DNA from: Zygnema circumcarinatum SAG 698-1b
Taxonomy: Eukaryota > Plantae > Zygnematophyceae
Assembly: GCA_037447605.1 (NCBI GenBank)
Contig: CM074813.1
Location: forward strand, 1,426,001-1,490,000
Length of the DNA: 64,000 nucleotides
Direction: 5' to 3'
The translations under genes were made by a program, and so were the position numbers. The notes below the pieces were generated by a model that saw only the letters and a program-made list of their open reading frames with translations, was not told where the DNA came from and did no database searches. Shown in pieces: positions 1 to 23,000 of this stretch. Position 1 is the stretch's first letter. Every line of letters starts with the position of its first letter.

Positions 1-83
1 CTGGCTAGTGAGCAAGTTTTCTTGGTGAAAAGTAGGTTAAGTCTGTGAACGTGAATGAATTCGTCTATGTGCTCATTCTGCAG

Positions 84-3000
84 GATGGGAAAAGAGTAGC
101 GGTTGGAGCAAACGGTGCCGTGACGCCATCAGCAGGGAGTAGAGATGCTGGAGGGGAAAAGATAGTTGAAGTAGGTGTTAGGCCAATTCCTGACGGACAC
201 ACGGGAGCTTCGAACAGTGGTTTTGGGGAGCAGATTCAGGGAGGTGATGGGAAATCAGCTGAACATGGAGTGGCGGATTGGAATGGGGCTGAGGCTGGGA
301 GTGGTGCAGCTGAAGAGCATCATGTTGTGGATGCAGTGAAAACGAATTTTGTAGGAAAACCCCATGGAATTGCGTGCATGGTGGAGATCTTTCACTTGCT
401 ATGCTCTCTGCTCAGCTTAGAAGATCAGTATTTGGGAGAAGGATCTGGTGGAGAAGAAGATATGCCACTTTTTGCGCTCGGTCTTGTGAATTCTGCCGTG
501 GAGCTTGGGGGAGAAGATATTGCAAAGCATCCCAAGTTATTAAGCTTAGTTCAAGACGAGCTATTTCGAAACCTCATGCAGCTGGGCTTATCTTCAAATG
601 TGTTAGTTTTGTCGCTAGTCTGCAGCATTGTTCGGAACTTATTTCACACTCTTCGAGTTCACCTGAAGCTCCAAATTGAAGCCTTTTTTTCTTTCGTTGT
701 AGTTCGTTTAGCACAGGGAAAGTATGGAGCTCCTTTTCAACAGCAAGAAGTTGTGCTAGAGCTCCTTGTGGACTTTTGTCGACAGCCAAGCTTTATCATC
801 GAAATGTTTGCAAACTACGATTGCGACATAACGTGCTCCAATACATTTGAAGAACTAACTAGCCTCTTGTCGAAAAGTGCTTTCCCTGTCAATTCTCCTC
901 TTTCTACTCTACATGTTCTCGCGCTGGAGGGCTTATTGGCGGTGGTTCAGAGTATTGCAGATAGGTTAGAAGCTTCACCTCCAGGTCCAGCTCCTTCCAG
1001 TTCATTCGACATATCAGAGATTTCTCCGTTCTGGACCATTCAGATGGAAAAATTCGAGAATTCAGCGAGATGGGTGGAACATGTAAGGAGGCAGAAACAT
1101 ATCAAGCGACGGCTGATGCTGGGTGCTGATCACTTCAATAGGGATCCGAAGAAAGGACTGTTATACTTGCAGAATGCGAAGCTTTTGCCAAAGGACTTGG
1201 ACCCGCATAGTGTAGCCTGTTTCTTTCGCTATACGCCCGGCTTAAACAAGACACTTCTAGGAGAGTATTTTGGAGACCCCAACGATTTCAATGTGCATGT
1301 GCTACATGAGTATACAAATCTGTTCGACTTCAAAGACATGACTGTTGATGCGGCCCTTCGAACATTTTTAGAATCCTTTCGGCTGCCTGGAGAAGCGCAG
1401 AAGATTTCAAGAGTTCTGGAGTCCTTTGCAGAGAGATACCATAAGCAGTGCCCGGCGGTCCTAGCCAACAAGGATGCTGTTTTTGTTTTCTGCTACTCAG
1501 TCATCATGCTTAATACAGACCTGCACAATGCTGGTGTAAAGCGCAAAATGACGGAGGAGGAATTTATTCGCAACAACCGGGACATCAATGATGGCAAGGC
1601 CCCTCCCAGGGAGATGATGACTGAGTTGTATCATTCAATTGCAAAGAATGAGATTCGAATGTCGCAGGATGGAGTTTCTGGTGTTCCAGAGATGACTTAT
1701 AGTCGTTGGATTGATTTAATGCGACGATCTCGTACATCAATTCCTTACACGATTTGCACGGCGGTTCCGTTGTTTGACCGTGACATGTTCGCTTCCATAT
1801 CAGGTCCAACTATAGCGGCGATTTCAGTGGTCTTTGACCATACCGAAGATGAAGAAATTCTGCAGCAATGCGTGGATGGATTTATGGCAGTTGCAAAAAT
1901 TTCAACCCATCATCGATTGGAGGACGTGCTTAACGATCTTGTTGTGTCCCTTTGCAAGTTCACCACTTTGCTCAATCCAACTGGGACAGCGGAGGAACCA
2001 TCGGTAGCTTTTGGAGAGGACGCTAAAGCACGTATGGCTCTATCGACTGTCTTTGCTACAGCCAACAAGCATGGAGACTTTATTCGGAATGGGTGGCGGA
2101 ACATTCTAGACTGCGTGCTTCGGTTGCACAAACTGGGGCTCCTTCCAGCCAAGATTGGAAGTGAGATGGATGATGCTGTAGAGGGTGAGATAGGAGGAGA
2201 CGTAAAAGCCCCGATGACATCGGTTACGGTTTTGAATCCCCTTAGTATGAGGCGGCGTCCGTCCGGCATAATGAGCCGTTTCAGTCAGCTCTTATCTCTG
2301 GATAATGATGATCAACACGAGCAGCCCACAGAACAGCAGCTGGCAGCCCATCGGAGGACATTAAGTACGATTGAAGCGTGTCATATAGACACCATTTTTG
2401 CGGATAGCAGGTTTTTGCTTACGGACTCTCTGATGCAGCTTGTAAATGCCCTGATTTGGGCTGGAGGTCGGCCGCAGCGAGGTGGCAATAACTTCTCTCA
2501 AGAAGACGAGGACACTGCTGTCTTCTGTCTAGAGCTTTTAATCTCAGTGACACTGAATAATCGTGACCGGATTCTGCTGCTGTGGCCAACTGTCTCAGAC
2601 CATATCGCAGGAATTGTGCAGGGGGCTTCCACTCCAGGGCCTTTGGTAAAAAAGGCAGTTTTGGGGCTCCTTAGGATTTGTCAACGGCTTTTGCCTTACA
2701 AGGAGGAACTTGCAGACGAGTTGCTCCGCTCCCTGCAACTCATTCAGAAACTGGATGCCAAAGTAGCAGACCTTCTGTGCGAGAAGATAACACAAGAGGT
2801 GCTGCAGCTTGTTAGGGGAAATGCGGCTCATATTCGTTCGCCTCAGGGATGGAAAACTGTTTGCTCACTTCTTGGAATTACGGCCCGGCATCCAGAGGCT
2901 GCTGAAGCCGGGTTTGAAGGACTGAGTTTCATTATGGCAGAAGGCGCACATGTCACACAAGCTAATTATGTTCCATGCCTTGATGCAGCTAGAGAATTTG

Positions 3001-3860
3001 CTGAAGTAAGAGTTGGAGGAGTTGAGAGATCTGTTTGGGCACTCGATCTTTTAGCCGGGTTATTGATTTGTCTCCAGAAGTGGTCAGTGGTAGCGGAGGA
3101 GGCAAAGGGGACTCAGCAAGTGGGAAATGAGAGTGAGTCTCCGGTGAGATATAGGAAAGAGGAGCAGGAATTGGCGGATATGTGGCTAAGACTGGCTCAG
3201 GCAATAAGGAGAGTCTGCGGAGAACCTAGAGAGGAAGTCCGGAACCATGCAGTAATGTGTCTTCAGCGCTGCTTGTTGGCTGCCGAGAGCATCAAGCTGC
3301 CTGCGGTGGTATGGGGACCTTGCTTTGATCAAGTCATTTTTGTCATGCTGGATGATCTTCTTGACATAGCGATGAGAGAAAAGCCCAAGGAGTACAAGGG
3401 AATGGAGGGGACACTCTACCAGGCGCTGAAATTACTTTCGAAGGTTTTTCTGCACTTCTTGGGGCAGCTCAGTTCCCTCCCCGGAGCAGGGTTCAGAGCC
3501 CTCTGGCTTGCAGTTTTGAGCCGAATGGAAATGTATCTTAAAGCGAAGCTAAAGGCGGGAGTGAGTGAACAACTACAGGAGAACATCCCGGAACTGCTGA
3601 AAAATATGCTGCTTGTTATGCATGCTAAGGGCATATTGAAGGAGGAGCAAAGTTCAGGAGGAGACAGTCTCTGGGAACTGACTTGGCATCATGTGCATGG
3701 AATATCACCAACATTGAAGAGAGAACTATTTCCTCCTCCCCCCCCACCTGAGCCTGTTACCCAAACGCAATTACCTGGGGGAGGTGTGTCTGAGGGAACG
3801 GAGAACCAACAAAAGGCAGAAGATCCACCTCATAGGGAGAGTGCCCCAATTGGTAGTTGA
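84..3860 (+). CDS. GNOM: ARF guanine-nucleotide exchange factor, GNOM/GNL (GBF1) family; large terminal exon, 5' exon(s) upstream of the window
   Basis: Sec7 domain motifs FNRDPKKG, FRLPGEAQKI (glutamic finger) and YSVIMLNTDLHN, plus HUS/HDS-like flanking regions. A ttctgcag|GAT acceptor at 83/84 is in frame with the 1271-aa ORF. Stop is TGA at 3858-3860. Confidence 0.93.
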   Translation, partial: DGKRVAVGANGAVTPSAGSRDAGGEKIVEVGVRPIPDGHTGASNSGFGEQIQGGDGKSAEHGVADWNGAEAGSGAAEEHHVVDAVKTNFVGKPHGIACMVEIFHLLCSLLSLEDQYLGEGSGGEEDMPLFALGLVNSAVELGGEDIAKHPKLLSLVQDELFRNLMQLGLSSNVLVLSLVCSIVRNLFHTLRVHLKLQIEAFFSFVVVRLAQGKYGAPFQQQEVVLELLVDFCRQPSFIIEMFANYDCDITCSNTFEELTSLLSKSAFPVNSPLSTLHVLALEGLLAVVQSIADRLEASPPGPAPSSSFDISEISPFWTIQMEKFENSARWVEHVRRQKHIKRRLMLGADHFNRDPKKGLLYLQNAKLLPKDLDPHSVACFFRYTPGLNKTLLGEYFGDPNDFNVHVLHEYTNLFDFKDMTVDAALRTFLESFRLPGEAQKISRVLESFAERYHKQCPAVLANKDAVFVFCYSVIMLNTDLHNAGVKRKMTEEEFIRNNRDINDGKAPPREMMTELYHSIAKNEIRMSQDGVSGVPEMTYSRWIDLMRRSRTSIPYTICTAVPLFDRDMFASISGPTIAAISVVFDHTEDEEILQQCVDGFMAVAKISTHHRLEDVLNDLVVSLCKFTTLLNPTGTAEEPSVAFGEDAKARMALSTVFATANKHGDFIRNGWRNILDCVLRLHKLGLLPAKIGSEMDDAVEGEIGGDVKAPMTSVTVLNPLSMRRRPSGIMSRFSQLLSLDNDDQHEQPTEQQLAAHRRTLSTIEACHIDTIFADSRFLLTDSLMQLVNALIWAGGRPQRGGNNFSQEDEDTAVFCLELLISVTLNNRDRILLLWPTVSDHIAGIVQGASTPGPLVKKAVLGLLRICQRLLPYKEELADELLRSLQLIQKLDAKVADLLCEKITQEVLQLVRGNAAHIRSPQGWKTVCSLLGITARHPEAAEAGFEGLSFIMAEGAHVTQANYVPCLDAAREFAEVRVGGVERSVWALDLLAGLLICLQKWSVVAEEAKGTQQVGNESESPVRYRKEEQELADMWLRLAQAIRRVCGEPREEVRNHAVMCLQRCLLAAESIKLPAVVWGPCFDQVIFVMLDDLLDIAMREKPKEYKGMEGTLYQALKLLSKVFLHFLGQLSSLPGAGFRALWLAVLSRMEMYLKAKLKAGVSEQLQENIPELLKNMLLVMHAKGILKEEQSSGGDSLWELTWHHVHGISPTLKRELFPPPPPPEPVTQTQLPGGGVSEGTENQQKAEDPPHRESAPIGS

Positions 3861-5973
3861 ATTCCAGCAGCAAGGTGAGAGGACTTTGAGTTGAATATGA
3901 CTAATCTTATTTGTCTTCATCATACTCAACGAGGTCATGTATTGTGATTGAGAATGCCGGAGTCCTGTGGAGTCCTTTACTGAGTTTCGTGTAACATTAT
4001 AAGCAGGCTTCATCACTGCCACGTCTACCTCTCTTCCTTTCTTTCTTCCTTTCTTTCTTTCCCACTTCTACCATCTGAACGTAACTCTTGCTTACAATTT
4101 TGGGAATCGTTGTTTATTTGGGTGACCCTTTGTACCGAGCAAATAAGTGAATGTTGTATCGTTGTCTAAGTTGTAAGTTTTACTTCTGAACGTGTATGGG
4201 GACTAAAAAACATAAGTCAATGCAAGGTTTTCAAGAAGGTTGTCATCGATGTATGTCCAGGTATGTATAAAAACTGGAGGTTCCAGATTTAACCGTAGGA
4301 CTTTGCGAGGGAACTGCAATTTGTTGTGAACCATTTAATCTTCCATTGTCAATGGACATCCTGTTCATCGATCATGTCTGGACACTTTTTGTTCAAATGG
4401 TGACTGGTTCGTGTTTATTGTGTTTTTGCAGGATAACGTATTATGTAGGCAATGATTTAACCACAGTTTGCAGCTTCCTCTTTAGAAACTTGAAGCTTAT
4501 TTCTTTTTCCTGTATTGCCCGATTTTTCCTCCTTTATTTTAGCGTAGATTATTTCGAGGATAGCTTCTGGCTATCAAGTCCTAGTCAGGGGTTACGTAAC
4601 CAATGTGGCAACTGAATTTTTGGAGCGTTTGAAGGAAGCGAAGGCGGCCTCAAGAAGGTAGTCTTTTACTTCGTCCTTTGGTAGTGAATAGGAGATGGTG
4701 GAAATCTCTCAATGGTGATGTGACGGTGATAAGAGAAAATGATAGCTTCGCATGATTAATGTGGGGAGCACAGAGGGCTCAGAGAGCAGATCCTGAATGG
4801 GCATACTAATGTAAGGAAGGTTAAACATCTTTAGTGTTCTAGGAGAGCGGTGGGATGGCACTTCATAGCCGCTTCTTTGGGTGCATTATGAGTCAATTTC
4901 TCTGAAAGAAGCACACTGGTCCGTAATTCTGAGCGTTTACAGCTTCACATTGCCGGTGTCTTTTCTTCTTGCCATGTTGAGGTTCACAGCTGCTTGGAGG
5001 TCTCTTTCCCGGGAAGTTGGGCAGATTATGGAGGAATGGAGAGAGCTAGAGGGGGAGGGGCGAGTGTTGGGGAAGGCAGAAGACAGAAAATCCTGCAAGG
5101 CCCTAGAGGAGTGCTGACATGTTCTTTGGCTGGGGGTGGCTGCAGGGCTGTAGACTGAGGTGAACAGGGAGGGACGGTAGGCATTAGTTTGACTCTGTTG
5201 TTTCGTTTTTCTCCACTCAAAGCTGATGATAACGTTGCGGTATTGAACTGACCTCAACTCAACTCAACTGCCAGCGAATAAGGTTGTCCGTTATTTAACA
5301 CGTGCATGCCGCATGCATGCTATGGCCCTGACGTGGACCGCATTATGACCCAATGCCCTGCAGAATTTTACCAAGAAAAATGTCGTCGTCGGGTTCACTA
5401 GGGTTGTTAGGGACGGGGACAACGCAGGAACGGGAAGATAGTGGGAATGTGAATCTGCTTTCGTACGACTAAGCTTTTTTTTTCTCATTTCCTTTTTTTT
5501 CCTTTTCTTCACGTAGTGGAGAGCCGGTCATGAGGATGATGATGCCGTGTGGCATCATTAATATGTTGATTTAGCCAGCGATCTGTGGTGTCAACATGTA
5601 AACTCCCAAGCCTTCTGACAAATTTGTGACCAAAGGTTGTCAATGTACCAGCCGGGATCCGCTGGCCACGCCTAAATTCCTACAGGCAAGATTCCAGCAA
5701 CGTAAATATTACCACTCGATAGCTGTAGCCAGTTACTACTGCTGGTCCAAGAGTAGTAGTCTGCAAACTTCGACATCCTCAGACATCCTTTGACATCCCT
5801 CCCATTCCGAAAGGCCTGGCAAGCGTTTTTGACACATTGCATACTTTCAAATTGGCCACACTCCTATCCCCACCCTCCCTTAATCCCCGCGGTCTCAATC
5901 CTATCATACATTCCAGGTCACGACTGCGAACCTCCCAACCCGGTCTGATATCACGCCGGGCAGTTCCTGGTTC

Positions 5974-6134
5974 CTGCAAAGGTCGGACCATTGGATCAAT
6001 CATTGCAATGGTTGTGAACCATTGGAACGCAAGCCAGCCAACCGTTGCAATGGTTGCAAACCATTGGATCGGCCGACCATTGCCATGCCAATGGTTGTCC
6101 AATGGTTGCCGATGCAATGGTCCTACCTGTGCAG
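5974..6134. mobile_element. Small non-autonomous TIR element (MITE-like) with internal CAATGGTT/AACCATTG repeats
   Basis: Left end CTGCAAAGGTCGGACCATTG versus reverse complement of right end CTGCACAGGTAGGACCATTG (18/20). TTC flanks both sides. Internal repeats resemble those at 54476-57847. Confidence 0.55.
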
Positions 6135-7013
6135 TTCTGACAAAGAAGTCAGTCGTAAAATGTGCTCAATTCGTTAGCAGAAGTAAAATAACCACACTGT
6201 CATTCAGTATGCGTGCTTAGGATTCTGTTCGTTAGCTACTGCTACCCGTGGATAGAAATCACATTCAAATGTGTACCGTATCCGGACTATGTATACTTGA
6301 CATGGAACTGATTATTTCAAGAAGGAAGACGAATTGGCACACCATATTATATCATTTCGTTGAGACGTTTGGTTAGGAGTGTTCCAGTTCATTTTTCGTG
6401 ACTATCTTCTGATAATAGGATAGGACCTAAAACTCAACTGAGTTTCAGTCAGATGACTGGTCTCAAATTTCAGATGGATGATACTGTTAAGTTTGATCTC
6501 CTCCAAAAGTCCGATGCACCAGACTTTGTCAGCAGGCCCTTCAGATTTATATGGAGGTCGGACTTAGAAAAAGTTTCACACTTTTGGAATTCGAAATCAG
6601 TACACACTTTCCCACGAAATAAGAGGTAACAGCGAGATCGAGAGGCTTTCCTTCAGGAACAAATTCCACAATAAATTGTTCGAGTCTGAAACCCACTTCT
6701 ATGGGACTCGTTAGCTTTCGCGTTACAGATTTGAAAATCAGAACCTTTACTGTTCGTACTCTGATCTGCATTCGAAAACAATGAGTTCGATTCTGCTTTT
6801 TACGTTCTTTTGCTAGGAATGATTCCCTGTTATTGGGGGTTGTAGGGCTTGTCCGAGGTCTCATACAGAACGCCGATCTTTTGCGGTCTCCGCATATTGC
6901 AGTCGTCCATACACAGGAAGCGTTTTATTCCGTTTCCGTTCTAATTTCCGAATTGGGGCCAACCATACATAGAACCTCCTCCTCCATGTTGTACACTCTC
7001 CGCACAAAAGCAT

Positions 7014-19125
<12,112 letters not shown>

Positions 19126-19502
19126 GGCGTCCACTGCCTCGTCGGCAGCGCGAGAGGCGCAGAGAGAGGGAGACGAGCCAGTAGTAGCGGCATAGAGAGG
19201 CAGCAGCGGTGGAGGGAGACAGACGCGCCTGCCCGGAGAGGGAGAGGGAGAGGGAAGGGACGGAGGGAGAGCGCGCGCTTTTGCGTTTGAAGTTCTCTAG
19301 CGCCTTCACGTGCACACTCCTCCCCGTTTAGCGTGCCTTGAAACCGGGAACAGCCACATGGAAGCAGCATAAAAACGTCGTCAGATCGTCCGCCAACCGT
19401 GCACGGGGGCCGATCTTTACTAGCGGTGAACTGGAACTGCGTCCAGTTGACAGTTTCAGTTTGAGTCACGCTCTAGCTGCTCACTTGGGTGCGCCCTCTT
19501 CC

Positions 19503-19584
19503 TGGTGTGGTGTGGTGTGGTGTGGTGTGGTGTGGTGTGGTGTGGTGTGGTGTGGTGTGGTGTGGTGTGTTGTGGTGTGGTGTG
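19503..19584. repeat. (TGTGG)n pentanucleotide array in the RTEL1/UBP intergenic region
   Basis: About 16 tandem TGTGG units with one TGTGT variant. Confidence 0.95.
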
Positions 19585-20059
19585 AGCATCCAATCAGAGA
19601 TGTCCACGTAGGACATAGGGCCTGCGTGGCAGCGTTGCCCACGGCAACCCTTGGCAAGCTGGCATGCCTTCCAACAATGCATGCATGCATGTATGGTATG
19701 GCCGAACGCTCCCTCCACCCTTGCACTCCTGCAGCTGCACTGCACAGTTAGATCTTTTTTTAGCTTTTATATATAGGCTTACACATATATATAATTAGTT
19801 TTACATGCGGCGATAGGCTTATTCGCTGCTTGTAGGAAGGCTTCGTTCTTTCGCTGGAAGGAGTGGCGGTGACGCATGTACATTGTCCGCAGCATGCGAT
19901 GGCACAACTTTTGAATGATCAAGCGCTGTTTTGGCTTTTCAGTCTTCATGCCTCGGTGCGCTGCTGAAGCGCCACTCGTAGCAGCTTTCCTCGGGATTCC
20001 TCGCTTGCTCTCGCAGAAAGGCCACAGTTTTTATTCATTCTTCTCATAGCCAGACCTTG

Positions 20060-23000
20060 ATGGCCAAAAGGCCCAAAAAGAAGGTGCACTTCCCTACAAA
20101 TGCGCGAATTTCAAAGGCTGCTGCAGCTTCCCCTCCTACAGAATTTCCTGCAGATGACTTAGCCGAGAAAGAAGCGACTGTCCCGCTCGCCCCTGTCCTC
20201 TCTCCTGTCTCTCAAAATGGTGTTCAGGAGTTAGAATTTACAAAAGCAAGCGGGGTGTCAGAATCGCCAGCGGTATCTGATGCTCAATTGCAGAGTAATT
20301 CTTTCAACAACGACGCTGGAGTAGATTCAAAGAGAGGAAGTCCAGGGTGTGCAAATGAGGAGGAGATGCAGGATGAGGAGAAGAAGAGGAAGAAGAGATG
20401 CTTTCATCGTCCAAGCGAGAAGGATATTGCCAAGCTGGAGAGGGCTTTGAAGAAGAAATCTTTAGGTGATTGCGATGGCTGCAAGCAGGGCAAGGCTGGA
20501 AACATTAAGAAGAAGACAGGGAAGGCTTCAAGTAGGGGTAAAGATATCGCAGGCGGGGGAGAGGATGTGAGATGCCAGCCATGGATATGCTTGAGCTGCG
20601 GGCATGTAGGCTGTGGGGGGCAACTCAACGATGAAAATTTAGGGCCGGTGGAACCTTTAGGGCATGCCAAGCAGCATCATAGTCAATGGTCGTCCCATTC
20701 GGTGGCTATGCATTTCCCGTCAATGAATAGCTGGTGTTTTAAATGCCAGCGTCCGATCATTTATAAGACTGTTCCAAGTAAAGGATTGGTTGAAAACGCT
20801 GAAAGTGTAATTGCTGAGAGCGGACATCAGGACAGTGTGGGCGGAGAAGGTGAGATCAGAGCTGTTTCAGGCAATGGAGCGGAGGAGGAGGGGGAGGGCA
20901 ATAGGGATGGGCTGGGAGTGAGAGAGACAGGAGGAGGTAGAGTGGGAGATGACATTCAGAATGACGCAGATTGTCTGACCATAGCTGCAGCACAGAACAA
21001 TACAGATACAGCTGTTTGCCGACCGAGAGAAGGAGGGGAAGGGGGAGTGGGAACGAGGTCCAGAGGGTTAGAGGGCGTTAAGGAACAGAGTTCAAGAGCT
21101 ACCTGTGCGACTGATGGGAGAACTGAAGTTCTGCAAGACTGTGCTTCTATTCTTACTGCAGCTGCAGCTGATTATGCGAAGAGTTTAGCAAGCAGAGGGG
21201 TCAGCAGTGGCGAAGGTATTCGAGCAGGAGGTCATGAGAAGAGCAGAAATCATGGGCCTTCCACAGAAAGTAACAGGCGTCAGTCGGGCGAAAGTGGGAC
21301 AAGCAATGTAGAGAAAACCAGTGGAGGTGCAGTTGTTGAAGTGATGGAGGGAAATTCCAATGCTTTTGCAGAGAGCACGGAGAGCTCAATCAAAGTAGAA
21401 AAAAGGTGGTGTAGAGGGACCCCTAGGCGCGTATTTGGACTGATGAACCTGGGTAATACTTGCTTCTTTAATTCTGTTATGCAAAATTTAGCTGCAGTAG
21501 ACCTGCTCCGGGAACATCTTCTCACTCCCACTGCATTCGGAACTCATTATGATGCACCGTTGACATCCTCCCTTCGGAAATTTTATGAGGAAACAAAACC
21601 AGAAGGAGAGGAAAATGGTCCTTCAGACGTCGGGCGCAGTACTAGTTTAAAGAAGGAGAAGGGGGCAAAAGCAGGGTATCAAGGGGGTTCAGCGGCGGGG
21701 GGTTCAGGGTTCAAAAAGGGTTATTTTGGGAAGTCAGGGAAGGGTAGTGCAGGGGGGCTAGACTGGGATGTGGGAGGGGCTTACAATCCGAGAGCGCTCT
21801 TTGGTGCGATTTGTCAAAAAGCACCTCAGTTTCGAGGATTTCAGCAGCAAGACAGTCATGAATTGCTGAGATGTCTTTTAGACGGGTTGCAAACAGAAGA
21901 AGAAGATGCAAAAAAGCCAACCTCCAAAGCTAAGAGGGGGGCAAAAGAAAGACTCGCAAAGGCTAGTTTGGAGTCTTCTTCGCTCGCTTCGCAAGCTGCA
22001 CAACCGCCATTCGCACCTCCGCCGCCTCCTCCCCCACCTCCTCCTCCTCCTCCGTCTAAGCGTAGTCAGTATAAATCTACTCCTACCATTTCCGCTCCCC
22101 CTCCCCCTCCTCCTATTCTTCCTCTTCCACAAGTAATCTTTCCTATTTCATCTGAGCCGTCCCCGCCAGCCTCCGCTGATGCAAGTAGACCTTCCATAGT
22201 GGCAGAGGTAACGGATGGATGTGTCGATACTGTGAATAATTTCACGCACGACAAGGCTGTGCCTCCCACAGACCATGAAGTGGAGGAATGGGAGCTGTTA
22301 GCCGAGGAAGGATCCAGTCTAAGTTCGCTCGATGTGAAACTGAAACAGTCTTTTGAAGATGTATCTCCTATTGATTCCTCAATCGGGCTCAAGGAGGTTC
22401 AGGATATTGCAGGTCCTGAAACGTTTGAAGAGTCTTCTGTTTTAGAGGTAGAGGGCTCTGTGAAGCCTTCCTTGAAAGAAAAAATTCAGGAAGAAGCAAG
22501 TTGTGAAGCCGAGCCGACCATTGAACTAATGAACAAGAAAGAAGGTGAGATTAAGGACTCCATAAGTGCTAGTGATGTTGGAAACGATGAGGCCAATAGT
22601 GAAGATAACTGTGTCCAGCCTGTTGCAGAAAAGGATGAATTCCGAATGAACGGCATGGAAGGAGAGGGTGTGGGACCCAGTTCTTCCGAGGCAGCATTAC
22701 AAATACAGATGGAGAAGGAAGACTCCACTACAGCAGCAGAGAGTAAGAAGACGCCCACTTTTGTGGAGACCATCTTTGGTGGTCAGCTAGCGAGCACTAT
22801 TAGCTGCTGTGAATGTGGGGAGACTTCAGTAGTCTATGAACCCTTTTTGGACCTCTCTCTTTCGATTCCAGTGCAAGAGGCTTCCCCAAAAGCGCCCCAC
22901 GAAAATCTGAAGTTACCCGCACTGAGTGTTAGAAAGAAAGGAAAGTCTCCAGTGGACAGAATACACGCGGAAAGACAGAAACTATCGTCTGATGTGGCGA

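Noticed and set aside
45-83. ORF-track start (GTG at 45) as the GNOM start codon
   Set aside because: No ATG is present, and a pyrimidine-rich ctgcag acceptor at 83 indicates intron sequence. The true start is upstream of the window.
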